From Phoronis australis (lineage: Eukaryota; Animalia; Phoronida), in the NCBI GenBank assembly GCA_002633005.1, contig NMRA01000343.1, positions 393,671 through 457,670 of the forward strand: a DNA stretch of 64,000 nucleotides, in the 5' to 3' direction. Made by a program: the position numbers and the translations under genes. Under the pieces are notes generated by a model. It was not told the origin of the DNA and searched no databases. It saw only the letters and a list, made by a program, of their open reading frames with translations. Shown here one piece after another: positions 25,401 through 40,400 of the stretch (position 1 is its first letter; every line of letters begins with the position of its first letter).

Positions 25401-28400
25401 CCATCAGTCAATTAATCAGCATATATGTTGCTTCAGGGAGTTTTCAAGCTGTTATCATACTGGCGATAATATACTAACTGGATGTGCAGGCTTATAGGCT
25501 AAGAAGAAATGGGCCCACCTGCGCTCCTTGTTTTCTATCACTATGATATCGCACGTTAGAATTGACTTGTCAGTAAATTCGAAGACGGCCTCCAATTTGA
25601 AGATAAACTAAAAGATTCCATGTACCTCTTAATAGAACAACATTTATATGAATTATGTTTAGAAACAACGTGTCGTTTGCACCTAAACTATTCCTATGAT
25701 AAAGAATCACTTTACGCATCGACATAGATAAAAATAAATGAAATGGCTATGCCCATGTATGGCAATTCGATTACACCGGTATTGCACGTGCGTTAAATCC
25801 GCTATCGATCAAACCATCACATATTGCATGGAAATAAAATTCTCTGTGATATTCGGACCCACCATACGAAACGTGAACTGCACCAATTCAAAACCCTAGG
25901 CCCGAGATACCTTTCTAGTAGTGGTAGCATAATTATGAAGAATTTAATCTCTTGATGAAACAGGGTTTCTATCATTAGTATTTGTAATGACTACTTACAG
26001 TCATCACAATGAATTGACGTTTAAAAGCCATTTATATGCATATTTAAGTTACGACCTCGTAATTTTTCAAAGAAATAGTTTCCTTTGTTCGTTATACATA
26101 TAAAGTAGGGTTATTCATCAAGACATTCTGAATGCTGTAGTGTGATTCTAAATGACTCTTAACTTCTTTTGATTCAACGCGATATGTTCTCTATTATAAT
26201 TACCCCGTTTGCAACTTCCCCAATCATTCCGTCCCAACTTCGGTTGGTGGGGTCAAAGTCCCCATGTCGCTTGTCAGGTGCCGGCTTCAAGGTGTACTGA
26301 AAGTTGGCGGACGAAGCAATCTCTTCCAACAGGTCTTTACAGTATCCTTCATATAGGTCATTTCCAGTGGGCGGTTTGCCACTGTCCAGAGGCCTTGTTC
26401 TTACTAGCCAATATGGCGGATTCTACAACCGTAAGCGCCACTTTCCGTAAATACATACACGATACTCGCGATGCGCTTTGCTTACAGAATGGAAGCATTC
26501 CAGCCTCATCGATCAAGAGACAATGGCCGCCATGTTTTGTAGTGTAGACTGAGGCTGAGCTTACTCACGAAACATTCGTCTTTCACTCGTGTGATTTTGC
26601 GTGGTCTTAGTGTTTGACCTCTCCAAACTCGCGTGCGTCTTCCATTAACAGAGTGCATCGAACAATAATGCAGTGTCATGTTTTCTCCAGAAAAATGACA
26701 TTCTTAAAAAAGATAAAGCGAACTTAGTGTGATAACATCGACTCACACAACAATTACTCCTGTTGGCCTAGGTCTGTGGAGAATTTGATGAATAAAAGGA
26801 TTTCCGTGAGCGTTTACTTGGAGGTAGTCAACCGTTCAAAGCAAGCGGCTATAGACACTGTTCTGGTGTTGAAAACGTCAACATTTTCTCAGGCATATAT
26901 ACTCTTCTCAAGTTATTTTGACTGAAGTGTCAGGATTGTTACTAGATAGTTTACTTCCTAATCTAATCCTACCAAATATGTTTCAGGAAGATCTTGAAAA
27001 GAGCCCAACATTAAACGTTAAAAGCCATTTGAACTTACCACCAACATGCTAACGATCTGTATTTTCGACTTCACAGACTTCTGATCGCCAGTATCAGTTT
27101 CGCGTTTGCTCAAACCATCGGTGTCCGACCAACTGTTAGTCTTCGCAAATAAACAAAATTTTAATTGACAGAAACGAACAAGTCAGGCAAACAAGTCACA
27201 GTTTGACGGACAACACTTATGAAGAGCTGGTGATTATTTCTGTAAGTCGATGAGAAACATCAAAAACATTTGAAACACAACCGATGGAATAAGTCATTAT
27301 CCACCGCATAACAATCACTACTGTTTCATGAAACTTTTTCTGTCTTAACTTGGACCAAAATCGGGCTAATTTAAGACCAGAATCTCTTAGCCCTGTTTCA
27401 TTTCTTAAAACAAAAATTAATACCGAAATCGGTCTAAGCTAAGACCGAAAGTTATCCTGCAACGGCCGGAGTAGCCTTAAGATTGGACTTTAGTCCACAT
27501 GATCAACATTCACAATTGCCATGACTAAAAACTGTTGAGAAACAAATTTCGATATGTTTTTCACAATCTGATTTCCCCAAACAATGTCAAATTGAAGATT
27601 GTCCGCTTTCGAATCGAAAATTGGCACATGCCTTTGAGACAATGAAATGCTGGGACATGAAAAATCATGTTTTCGTGCCATACCGAGGTCTTCTCAAGCG
27701 AGATTCCTATTGTATCCAAGATGTACGTAAACCTCCATTTAGAGTTTCAATATCAGAATTATTCTTGAAACCATGTGTCGCACATCGCCTCTCTGAGAAT
27801 TGCGAATTTGCAACAAGTGGCAGAAACGAAGTTTGCTCACCTAGGTAAAAAAACCGACTTAACCTCTGTCTACGGATCGAGGACAAAAATCCGATTTGTG
27901 TTCACCACGAAACGGATATCTTTTTTACTTTTCGTCTTCAGTCTTAACTTAGCCCGAATTTCGGTCTTAACCAAGTTATTTTTGGTCTTAAGTCTTACGC
28001 TGTAAGTCTCAACAGTTTTCATAAAACGGGCTGGTGACATTTCTGTGGCGCTTGCATGAATCACATGCCCATCAAAAGTGGATTTTTGTACTTTTCCGAT
28101 TAGAATTGATGCTGCTAACATCGGATTATTTAGTTAATGGCAGAAACCCACACACTGAATAAGCATTGACAAATGCACACGTTGGTTAGTGTGTGCAATT
28201 GTAACGAGTAAAATATTTGGATGGCATATCCTTATATAGTGCCAGACATCACACCCTTGTCAGTCAACCTGCTTGGATTACAGTTTTTTTAAAGAACAAC
28301 ATTATTTTTTCGTCAATATCAGATCAGTACCTCATCACTTGCACAAGCCCTACAAGAGTTTAGGTCAGAAGATTCGAAGAACAAGACATGGGTGGAACGT

Positions 28401-31400
28401 AATAAGTCGAACGTGGTCCCTATAGACCGAACGTGTGACTGGTTAAGGTGTGAAATCAGAATTAACACAGCAATGTATCGATGACGCAGCCATAATCGCT
28501 GAGGTATTTGCCTCAACTCATAATTGCGTTCATTTCCTTCCATAAACAAATTAAGCGAAAACCCTTGCATATTTTCAGAGGGGAGAAATGGAAAAACCAT
28601 GGGTGATCATATTCTGAAATTCATGATAATTACGTTTTTCGAGATATTTTTAATGCTCTCGTGCCACAAAAGAATTTAAATGTCACTTTTCATATGTATA
28701 TTCGTGAGTCCAGTTAAGTGTACCATACCTGTGCATTGAAACTAGAGTGTTATCACTTCAGTAACGACCTATGTAAACAACATTGTCTTCCGATTTTGTA
28801 GCAGGTCTGGAAATTTTGAAATGTTACCGCTACTTCCGATTTCGTAAAAATCGGCTGACTGCACTTGAGTCAGGACGCAGATTGGTAGAACTAACCGCGC
28901 GTTATCACCCGATGTGAGACCAAAGCATCTTGTTGAATGAAAAAAGTCAATTCTTTGATAACTGCGAAAGCGCACCTGTCAATTATGAAATCTTATTGTT
29001 ATATAACTTATGCTTACTATTTCCGCTTCCCTGTCCATGGAAACCTCTACTACTTGAAGCGAGTAATTAACGCGACGTCCATCCGGGCCTATTTTCACAT
29101 TTCCGGTCATGCCTGGGAATGGTTTCACCTGAAAACGAGGCAAACAAATCAATCACGTAGAAGGGGTGTGCAAGTAAAAGAGTGACAAATGTGCTACTCC
29201 GTTGTCAAATAAATCGATGCTGAATAAATTTGGACATAAAATGCCTGGTTGTTCTAGTAATACGACCCAGGGCGCATGTTCGACCGATTCCGACGTAACC
29301 GGCGCACTTTACACTCCAGGAAATCCAAAAGTAAAGACTGGGATACTTTCGAAAACGTTTTTACAGTTGGTAAAGAAATCGTAAAATATTTCGGTATGCG
29401 TGACTGATTCATTGGTAGCAAACGCAACGGGCGCCAAAACAACTGACCTGAGAAGTGACTGTCAAGAGTGACTGAATGAGGCCTTGTTCTTTAGTCACGC
29501 GTATTGAAACCAATACGCAAATGGGCTATGGTAGGAATTTTGGACTGTAAGAATATCGGCATACATTTGCGGGTGGGCTGCGGCCTACTGTGAGGGTTGA
29601 GGGATTGCGCACTCTTTGTTTTAGCCTCCAACCTGATCAAAGAATTTCGAAGCAATGTCAACTGCTCCAGTTTCTTTGAATCCCAAAACTCAATCTCTAG
29701 GAACTTTTCAAAGATTAATTGTCCACCTCCACACAGAATCTGTTTTTAAACACATTGCAGGAAAAAAGCTTACATTTTTGATTGCATCCATGATGTCGTC
29801 GCCATGTTGGAAGGGTTGCTCATGGCCACGTTGGCAACTGAGTCCCTTGTAGTGATTCTTTTTGTTGTTATATCCCAGTTCTTTAAACACATCAGGCTTA
29901 TGCTCTTTCAGATATGTCATTGCTTTCACCAAAAGGTCTACTGCGTCTACCACCATGGCAGATTCATGCTGGAAACAATAAACAACGAAACCGGTGACAA
30001 AACAGCGTCACTTCCTAGCGTTTGAGTGACGTCGGCCATTCTTGATATTGCACAGGATAGCACCGTTTTTTTAATTATCGTTCAAGACATTTCCAAGTTC
30101 GCTACCTACTTTCAAACCGTAAATGCCATGTAAAATAGTAAAACACACGTACGTTCGTCAGTTTTTAGAATAGACCAAATAAGGAAATATGACATCAAAC
30201 TGTAGGGAACCTATCGTCTATTTAGAAGAGATCTACGGGCTGGGGGAAGGAATAAATGGCAACTCTTAGGTCCCTACGTTTATGCACTGCCAAGGAGTCT
30301 GCAAGCGTGTGAAATGATTCCGTGTATGGACACTAGAGGGAGATACCGCTTCACTAGTCTGTGTGTTCTGCCGGGTTTAAGAAGAAGAACCATTCCAGGG
30401 GTCATTTTAGAAAAACGTGGGTATGGGTGAATATGACCCCACGTCCTAGAGTTTAAGGGCTAATTTGCAGGACCTAAGGCCACGTTATTTTTTTCGATTT
30501 TTGCTTCCGATTTTAATGGGCCCATTGCTCGAATTAAAGGCGAAGGCAACCCTTGTTCATGTCACTTTTAGCGAAAATAAGGTTCGTTGATTACCCCAGC
30601 TGTCGAGTCAGTCATTGTTCTACCTCTGTTGTGATAAGTTCGGTCGTCGTTTGCTTTTGTTTACAAGTCAGTCAACATGCCACGCTGTTGCTGTGTGCCG
30701 GGATGTACTCATTATCGTCTCACACACGCTTTGGGTACCTTGCGTCGCTTTCCGAAGGATGACACACTTCGCCGTACTTGGCTAGCTCGTTCATTTGAAG
30801 AACGCAGCGCTACCCGTCCACGCAACGTACAAAGCAGTGGAGGGTTACCGAGTGTGTGGCAAGCATTTACTGCAGTCAGATTATGACAGAGATATGTACG
30901 CTGAATTGATGAAGGTCCCCGCGAAACAACGCCTGAAGAAGGGTACCATACCGTCGCTGATTCCCGGCAGTGCCCCGTCGCTAACCCCGAGCAGTGCGTT
31001 TTTGAAGCGAGAAGCCTCGCGAGCTGTGGCCATTATATACAGTGACTGAAGGCACTTCTTGTACTGTCACCCATGCCTCCGAACGTACCCCATTGAGTGC
31101 AATTCCGGAAACTAGCAGTGATTCGCCCTGTGTTGTTGTCTCTAGTTCCGGCAGAGCCTGTAAGCAGCCCTGCAGCGATGTTGAGTAGTGGGAGTGACTA
31201 CATGCCCAGTTCGACACCCAGTGAAGAGGACAGTTCGTCATCCAATGAACATATCGGTGAGCCTAAGTTTGATAAGTTTATTGTGGACTTGTATTGGAGC
31301 AATTTGGAAGGTGTCAGGTGTGTGACGAGGGAGTCACACGGCGGGACTTAAGCAGTTTGGGTGCTCAGATCACCCTCCAGTAGGAGTGTCGCGGGACACT

Positions 31401-34400
31401 CGGGCAAGTGGGACAGTTATTTCTCTGTACGTGAGATAATAATGAGTACACCCCAGTACGCAGCAACAGCGTGGCATGTTGACTGACTCGTAAGCAAAAA
31501 CAAACAACGACCGAACTTATCACAACCGAGGCAAAACAATGACTGACTCGACTGCTCTCACAGTCAGACTATATGAAAAGAAATTGGCGCGAAATTCTAG
31601 CCTCCCAAAACGTCACATCCGAGTACACGACGAGTAATTAATTAAATTACTAAAAGCAGTAAATAAGTGAAAAATATGTCTGGGATAGTCAGCGAACCTT
31701 ATTTTTGCTAAAAAATGACATGAAAAAAGGTTGCCTTCGCCTTTAAGCAGTCAGATTGCGTCAATGAAATTCTTTTTGCGCCAGTAACACGGGATGGACT
31801 CTTAAAATGATAACATTTTAGTTCTTTTTGAAATCAATCATTAATACTGCAGACTTATTTAGGAATTCTTGAGTACAGACGTCTCGTACTATTTACAGTG
31901 TATACAAACACGACTGAAGAGGGCACTAGTCTATAATTCTAAAAAACTAACAAATAAAGACAAAAATAGACTTCACCCATTAGACAACTGCGTTCTACGA
32001 TCATGCAAAGTTAACTACGTTGCTTATAATTATGCGGGTATGTATCCGATATAATGCGATTTTCCAAAAACGAATTTTGTTCACGTGCTGTAAGCGCCTG
32101 TTTCACTTAAAGGCACAGGTGATTATCCACTGCATTGCTTAAACTGAACGTTTTCACTGTGTGTCATTTGTCCGTTCCTAAATAGATGATTTTGAATCCA
32201 ATGCATACAAACATGCCGAGATTCGTCGACAAGCTCTTTCCAAATTTGCTAACACTTGGTTTTTACGCAAGTGTTTCGCGACATCTGGATATAGGCGCAA
32301 TTTAACAAGTAGTCGCATTAACCTGCATACTCGCATATGCGGCACATGTAAAACTATTTCGAAGTAACAACTTTGAGCAAACACGTGCTATGCTATTGTG
32401 TTCAAATTTTGTCGTTTTTTCAGAAGGAGGAATACCGATGTGATCGTCTCGAGATCTACGGCTACAGCAGAATAAGTTAGTTTTGTGCGGTAACTCAAAA
32501 TTCAAGACACTGCAAACACTCATGCGAACGGAGTATTGGTCCACGAGACGGCAGAATTAGTAAGCATAGACCAATCATCATCGACATCACGTTTAAAGCG
32601 GCGATGAACTCGCGTTTCACAAAAGAAACTAACTATAAAACGTTTTAATTTTTTTCTTAACTCGGACGTGAAGTGTTTTTGGGGTCTTGGGAGAAACAGT
32701 TCGTTATTAGATGAGACTTTGCTACTGACCCGCCGTGACGTGTCAACTGGTTAAAAAGCAATGACGAACTGCTATTTCACTCCTAGCTGAGAATCATCAC
32801 CCGACTAATTTGGCTTGAGACCAATTCCATTACAATAAATTGTCTCACTCAAAAATTAGTTCTTGTGCATGAAGGCTGCGAGTTCGTTGCGGCTTTAACA
32901 AGCAAGGACATCAGACTAAAAAACAATATTTTCCATGAACATGCAGAGTCAAAACCAATGTAGAGCTACGTTAAAATGTCGGTTCCAGGCAAATTTCATT
33001 AAACCCATTATGGGAAATTGAGATTTACTATTTTGATTCCGTGTGATTCGTACGCTCAAGCACGCGCCTCACAAAGTACATAGACATATGCCTACAACAT
33101 GAGCGATTTTTCGTAACCGTGTTCCGGCAATGGTGACAGATACAAGATACATGTACGTCAGTGTGCCCATTCAGAAGATACAAAATATCTGGAATCAAAA
33201 TGGCGAATCTCAATCACTATCGTATGTAATGAATTTTGTCTGAATGACACAGTGCTTCCCATTTACACATAGAAATTCCGGCAAAATACTATTAAGCAAA
33301 ATTTTGTTTTTGTACAAGTTGCTTCTACAGAGCCGTTAACGAAAGAAATTGCACATAATATACATGGAATACTCCCGTGTTAGGTTAGACCGTCTAGATG
33401 AGCTCAATAAAAAGATGTGACAAGCAGGAGGTCAAATGCTGCAACTACAAAAGTTAGATTTGACACAAGTTATATTATATGTTCACCGGTTTGTCTGACG
33501 CACGTCAATGTTGACTGATCGAGACTGCAAGAAATGATTCCCAAGAAGCAATTTTCATGTTGGCTTACTACGATTTGCCATTTAACCTTCGATCTGGTTT
33601 TGTTGAAGTGGACAAAAACATGTATTTTATGCAGTCATCGGAGTGCTTTCTTGCGATCATCAGTCAACATGGAGTGGGCACTTTGGCTGGGGAAAATGTC
33701 GGAAATTCGGTGCACCAGGGGCTTACCGGAACACTGACCTGAAGAGGGGTTAACCCCTTTCCTTTGAAACGCCGGTCGACGCTATCCCATTTACGTACAA
33801 AGTTTTGGAAAACAAAGCTTTGAAGCTTCAAGGCACTGAAACCTGTGATCCGTGCTCCACCAAACCGGAAACTATCCACGGACACTTCCCAAATATCCTG
33901 AAAATAACAAATCAAACCTAAATAGCAAAACGGCATCATCCATTCCCCTTACGGTGGAACAATCGTACAACGTAGAATCAAGCGACGAAAATTGTACGCG
34001 GTTCACGATACCGTTCAGTGGTGCTGATTGGATCAAGGACGTGACCGTTATCGTCAGTTTTTGGAGAGGTTAGTCTTAAAACCTATTTCGGAAAACTTCT
34101 TCACATGTACGTCACCAAATTCAACGTATTGAAAATCTCAAAATATCTATTTCAACATTCTAAATAGTTTACATATTTTATAAATCAACATACAAGGGTG
34201 AAGGTCATCTTCAAGAAGTATCGATAATTAGGCGCTAGTCTCAGTTTAAATGGCAAATGCGCACGGGCAGGTTGCATCATTTAGTCTACGGTTTCATAGA
34301 CATTATTGTCATGCTGTTGTCCGGTTGGGCCTATAGCGAAACACTGATAAATGTCCAAATTTGGTGAACTTCGGGATAATGTTTGTCAAAAATGACACTG

Positions 34401-37400
34401 ATCAGCCACTATACTTTCAGCACTGTTCCCCAAAATTCTGTTAGGAATCGTTTTTAAAATGTTTTAATTTGGAATGAAGGGTTATCAAAAACTGGAACTA
34501 TAGGGAATTTTCCAAAAAAATTAAAAATTGCGTAAATTGATGACGAAGGGATAATGTAAAAACTTTTTTTTTTTTGGAGATTTCATCTCGAACGTTTATA
34601 TCAAACCAACTTTGGTCATATAAATGATATCATTGTTTTGTTGTGAATATACCTTTCTTTTATTGAATCTTGCTGTAAATCGGACATGTCAAGTGCTTCA
34701 ACAATTGAAGACATATTGATATGAAGTCAATTATCAGACTTCCTTCTGCCAGAAAAAAAAACTTTTACTATTTTTAATTCTATGTTGTTGTAGATGTTCA
34801 GCTAAGTCTGCCGTATTTAAATTATACTTTGATAAATAATACATTTTTACTTACCACCCCACTCAGTATGTGGTGATAGCCCTGTCGATTCATTCCAACG
34901 TCCACGACCTTAAAGAAAAAAAACACGCCTTTAGCGAATGGGTTCGGTTTCGAACACTAATGATGATGATTATGGACAAATTTGTGACATTTCAAAACTT
35001 TCGATACTTTGAAACTAATATTACAATGCGATAACAAAAAATACAGCAAGTTTACGAGTACAGGTAAGTGTTGTTTCTGTGGACGGCTAAGGAGAAAACT
35101 AACTCAAAACGCCAAACATCGTTGGTGTTCCTATGTCAATTGTACAAACCGATCCGATGAATTTCCCCGCCAAAATGACTTCATCGAAATAACACTCAGT
35201 TGGGTGTCGGAGTTAAATGTGATTTGGAGAATCTGACACCGAGTTAAAAAAATGCAGATTATCATGACTTGCAAGATTTTGGCAAATCGTTGAGATATGT
35301 TTGGTATCGGCCGATTTCTAATAGTCAGCAAACGTTGAACGACTATAGTTAATAATCGCCTACAGGCCGGGTCCCGCATTTTGAGTATGTTTTCTCCACA
35401 GGATAACGGACATCAAACTGGTTCTCAAATTCCGGAACTCTTGTAAGTGACTATTGTCTGACCATCGGCCGGCGCCCGGATGATTTTGAGCAGACAGATG
35501 CCCGAATGATGCCAAACTATTTACGTGTAATTGTCGCGGCACGTCGGGCCAACATCGGGTAGTTTGCGTCTTTGAATGTGAACACATGTACTCCATCGCG
35601 ATTTAGTGGTAGTTGACCGATCGCGCTTGTCCTCTGCAGTTGCGGGCACAGGAATTTTAATCACTGGGTTTGGCCAGGGACAAACGTAGTAGAAATGTAC
35701 TGTCAGAAGGAGAGGGCAAGTTGTCCAGACTCCGTTTATGTCCGAGAAGTCAGTGGGCTGGATCAGCCGAGCATCGCCCGACTGGTGTGCATCAAACACG
35801 AAATGTTGTGAAACAGAATTGACGTATCGGTCGAGCTCTCACCTGTTTCAGTAGCTGTTGCATTTCGTCAGAGTTGTCTGTATCCAATATGAGACACTTT
35901 CTAGTTGCAGCGTCCCATTTGTCAATCCTTCTCAGTGTTTGGTACGCGTAACTCCACGAGTACAATCTATGAGCGTCTATTGTGACGTTGAGTCCTCTTG
36001 TCGTAAACTGCTGCTGCATGGACTCTAACTCAATCAAACCTGGGTTCAAATAGCACGTATTATGAGAATGTCAGACTATCGTACCATGCACAACGTGTTC
36101 TGTAGGAATTGGAGTTATTACAAATTCCATTATGCTGTGAAATAGGGATTGAAGAGTTAGAAATTTCTACTTAAAAATCCAGTCGCCTTGAAACTGAATG
36201 TTTGTGCTGTGCCAGCTGCTTGATGATACACCCAAGATAATGCACTGAACGGGCAACGACACGGCGCAAATCGACACGACGCATAATGCTTCGTCACAAC
36301 CAGAGCCAGAAATGATCCATCAATAAATAGGCCTACTATGCACGGTAACGCTGCATACATGCAATCTTTCCGTTGATGCAAAAATCTCGCGAGCAGGCTG
36401 GTCACGTGTTTTACTTGTACAATGTAATGCATGGCGATATCTCGTGAAGTCTTGTGTAGTCCTGCGGTTTCGTAAGATTCTCACGACTACGGGAAGCACG
36501 ACTCGACTGCGCTTTGTAGACCAAGACATTCGCGAAAAAGCAAGATCACACAAATGTCCTCGAGATATAGCTTTATATTTCAAGCAAAGCAGGTGATCGG
36601 CACTAGGTTTTCTGGAGAATGTTTTGGATCTACAGAACGCAGACACCTTTGGATACTCGCTTGGCACGTGCGAGAATCTTAGGTAATGGAACGGAAACAG
36701 CGTTTTTAAAAAGTGAAAAGTGTAATCCTGTAAGTCAATATCCAGCTATGTCAAACAATTAGTTCAGTATCAAACAGACAATTAAATAGTATAAGCGAAT
36801 AAGGTCCTGAGCATACTCGCTTTAAAAAGGCCTGGAACGCGAAATCTCACAAACAATACATTCTAAACACATCGTGGCGAATATATTTCTTGGGGATGCT
36901 AACGTGAGAGTTAGTCACTTTGAATGTTGCAAGAAATTCGAGAAAAATCGTCAGATTCACTGTTTTTGAAACACAGACGAAATATAACTCTTTCATCGCA
37001 ATATACATTTCAAAACTTTTCGCCCGTAATAATATATATATATATGCGCGCATGCGCTCAAAGAATTACCCGGTAAACTTTTCCCAAGACAGTACATAAT
37101 TGCTATTGTTTGCTTAACATCAAAGGTTAAAGGTCACATTTTCCCTGTAAGATAAATGTGCTTCGTCTATGTCTTGCCATACCAAATAAGGAGACGTGAG
37201 TGCTTTGCCTTGTGGGAGAAAAATCGACGAAGTGCCGAGCAGTTGACAGACCTTGTTTTTTGAAATTAAAGAAAAATGCTTTGACATTAACAGAAATTCA
37301 AAATCTTTACTAACAAACATTAAAAATACCTGGTAAACAGGTTGAATTCTGTTTCAGTGGGAGAGAACTACTTTGAATAATGCAGTTTAGTCTGTTTTTC

Positions 37401-40400
37401 GTGTTTTGTGCCACTTTAAGACTCGCCTTTTACGCGCGTGATTGTGTGCTCTTGGGTGACCTCGATCGTCGAACTCGCGATAAATTTGATCTACAGAACG
37501 CAACATAACACAGTTTGAGTTCAAACGAGCAGTGGTGATCGGGTACTTTCCGTTATCTCAACAACAGGTGACAAATTTGTGCCGTGTCAAGTCATCATGA
37601 ACGGTTAACTTGTGTGGGATCTTACATATGAGCTCTCGTATTTCAGAAAGAAATCAATTAACTCAACAATGGGTTGCATTTCATATAAACTTCATAAAAA
37701 CAAATGGTCTAATACTCTGTTTACATTTTTCAAAGACAGTCGTATAATGTACTCGAAAATACCTTTGTCGTTAACATAAACATAGTGAGCCTTCCTCCAC
37801 TTGTATTCAATTATAATATCAACGATAGCGTTTATATAGGACGGCGCCATCATGACTTGGTATTTTGTTTGATTGTTCCCAGGGAACTCTGGAGACGAGG
37901 AGGTCATTATATGTGGAATATGGAGCTCCTCTGTGATTGACCTCGTTGTAACCTGCGATGTCTGGTTCCCTTGTGTGAACAGTGTACAAATGCCTCTTGA
38001 CACCAGGCCGCAAACTGCAAAAGATAGACCAAACTTCATCCAGAAGTCTTTTACATTTTTTGCGCTTCTGTATTCCATTTTGTCGAAAATCTTATTTTTT
38101 ACCATTAAAGGGATTTGAAATCACTGAACGATGGTACTACAAATGAATTATGTCCATGATTACACGTATGGACTCGCCTGTGGTTTAGACACGTTTCACA
38201 TCATGGTGAAAAAGACCGGAGCATATAGTCACCAAAAAACAATGCATTTTCAGATATTCAGCTTAGCTCTGTCCTAAATTAGCTCACCGTATACAACTGT
38301 ACGCAAATGTCACATTATCACATTATTTGTGCACACCCTTCGGCGCAAGTGGAACAAACGCAGCCACCGCCCATGATCTATCGAGCACGCTATTTCACAA
38401 GCAGCAGAAAACCTGCGTCGTTCGCTCCAAGCAGCGAATTTTTGTTCGACAGACCATTTTCGCTACAAAATTGGTCGAAACGAACTAGTCCCCAATTCAG
38501 ATTAGTTTCTGGGTTTGCAAAGAGCTGATAGTTCCATTCGTATATCATGTTCGGCGCATTAAGTAACGCGACCAGCCAACTTTTAGAGCCTATAATTTTA
38601 AGTTATAACGAGCTGCCACTTCTCACAAAGCCCTGACAGCATCTCCAAATGGACTCAGGAACACAATTCCATAACATAACGGTGAGTTGCTTAAATCAAA
38701 CGTTGGTTTCTGTGGTGGAAGGTGCGCTTCCAACCGCTTTAACACAGGGAATTGGTCTCGGGTTAATGATGAATGAAGCCAAGACCATAAGGCGGGAAAA
38801 TGTAAATTTCACCGTTTTGCGTGATGTCAAGAATTTTAGAAATTTTAAGTGGAATTCAGGTGTTCGTTCCAAGAAAAATGACTTAGCTAAGACAAAACCT
38901 AAGCTCTGAAGTCAATTTAAAACAAAACTTAATTATGTCTTAAGTTCGTAAGTCGTTTCGAGAAATTGATGTTAAGTTAAACTTAAATTTTTGACTCAAG
39001 TTTTGTCACCGGATGTAGAAGTTTCACAGTTTGAAGGTTGAAACAAATCTAATACTTCAGCCCAAAAGGAGTTTAAGTTGGTTTCTTGGAACAGGCCCCA
39101 GAGATACAAACCAATAACTCAGGCAAATGGTCACGTGACCCGAATGTTGACATTTTGAGTAGCGTGGAAGCCAGAGAGCGTGCAGACCTTAAATGTTGTT
39201 ATGGATAATCTTGCGGCATGGTCCAAGGAAAGGATTCGCGTTTGAAATCCTTAATATCTGCAATGGTGTTGTCGAAGCCATTCGGACATGTAATTGGGTA
39301 AATTGGCACAGAGGAGAGAAAAGTGACATTCGAGGTGCAACACCCCAAGTCGTCCCTTTCATCAGACTTTGTAATTGTTCAACCCTGTTCAGTGGTATAA
39401 TAACGAAAACTGAAGAGCGTTACTCTCGCAAAATCAGGGTCATAATATTCCTTGTTGCGATGGGATTCTAGTTCTGGCAGTTACCAACAAGAACATCGAA
39501 AAACCATCATCCACTCCACAAAACGCTCCAGAGTTTATTGAGACTGACCAGGTAAACAGGGTGCAATGCAGCTTTGAATACATGGTGTACAACGTCACGA
39601 CAATGACTCACAATTGACTTATCGCCAGGATTTTGAGTGACGGCTGAACTGACCAATCGGAACGTAGCATTCTTGACACACCTTCGTTTCCAAGCCGCCA
39701 TTTTACCCGACAAGCAACACGTTGCCGGTAAAACTTTTTGTTTGTTTGTCGACATTTCGCAAGAGGGTGGAGCTTGCGATAGGTCAGTTAGTACTAAAGT
39801 GAAGTCAATCAAGCCCAAGGTTCAACATGCAGGTGACCAATGATCTGCAGGTTGTACCTGCCGAAGCAATCTCACCAGTTGTGCACCCAGTCTCTGTATG
39901 AGCCTTGCAGTTCAGTATGTGACAAGGTGAAAATGTCAAACAACGACACAAAAAACATCATCAAAGGTGCCCCCGGACCCCTGAAACAGAATACATAGAC
40001 CTTAAAATCCAACACAGCAAACGAAAATACAATCACATATTGTACTTACCCGAAGCGTTTAAAGCATAACTGTCAGAAATATCTGTAGTCTGGTTGACGA
40101 AATCTATTCTGAATTGATAGTTTTTGAAGTTCACGCTATTATGCAGATGCTTCTTTCGGTTGATGGCCATTTGAGTGTACTTCCCTTTGACGTCAAAGAC
40201 TCCACCTATGACAGCACAGAATTAATTGGAGTTGCACTAGTTAAAAGCCCCAACGAATGTGCTACAACCAATTTTGGATATTGAATGCATTTGGACTAGA
40301 CTATTTACCTTTGGAAAATTGGTCACAACTCCACCTTTAACTCTGATGGTGGCGGTTTCTTGACTAAAGGATTACCGAAAATCCTCATTCCGAGTATAAA

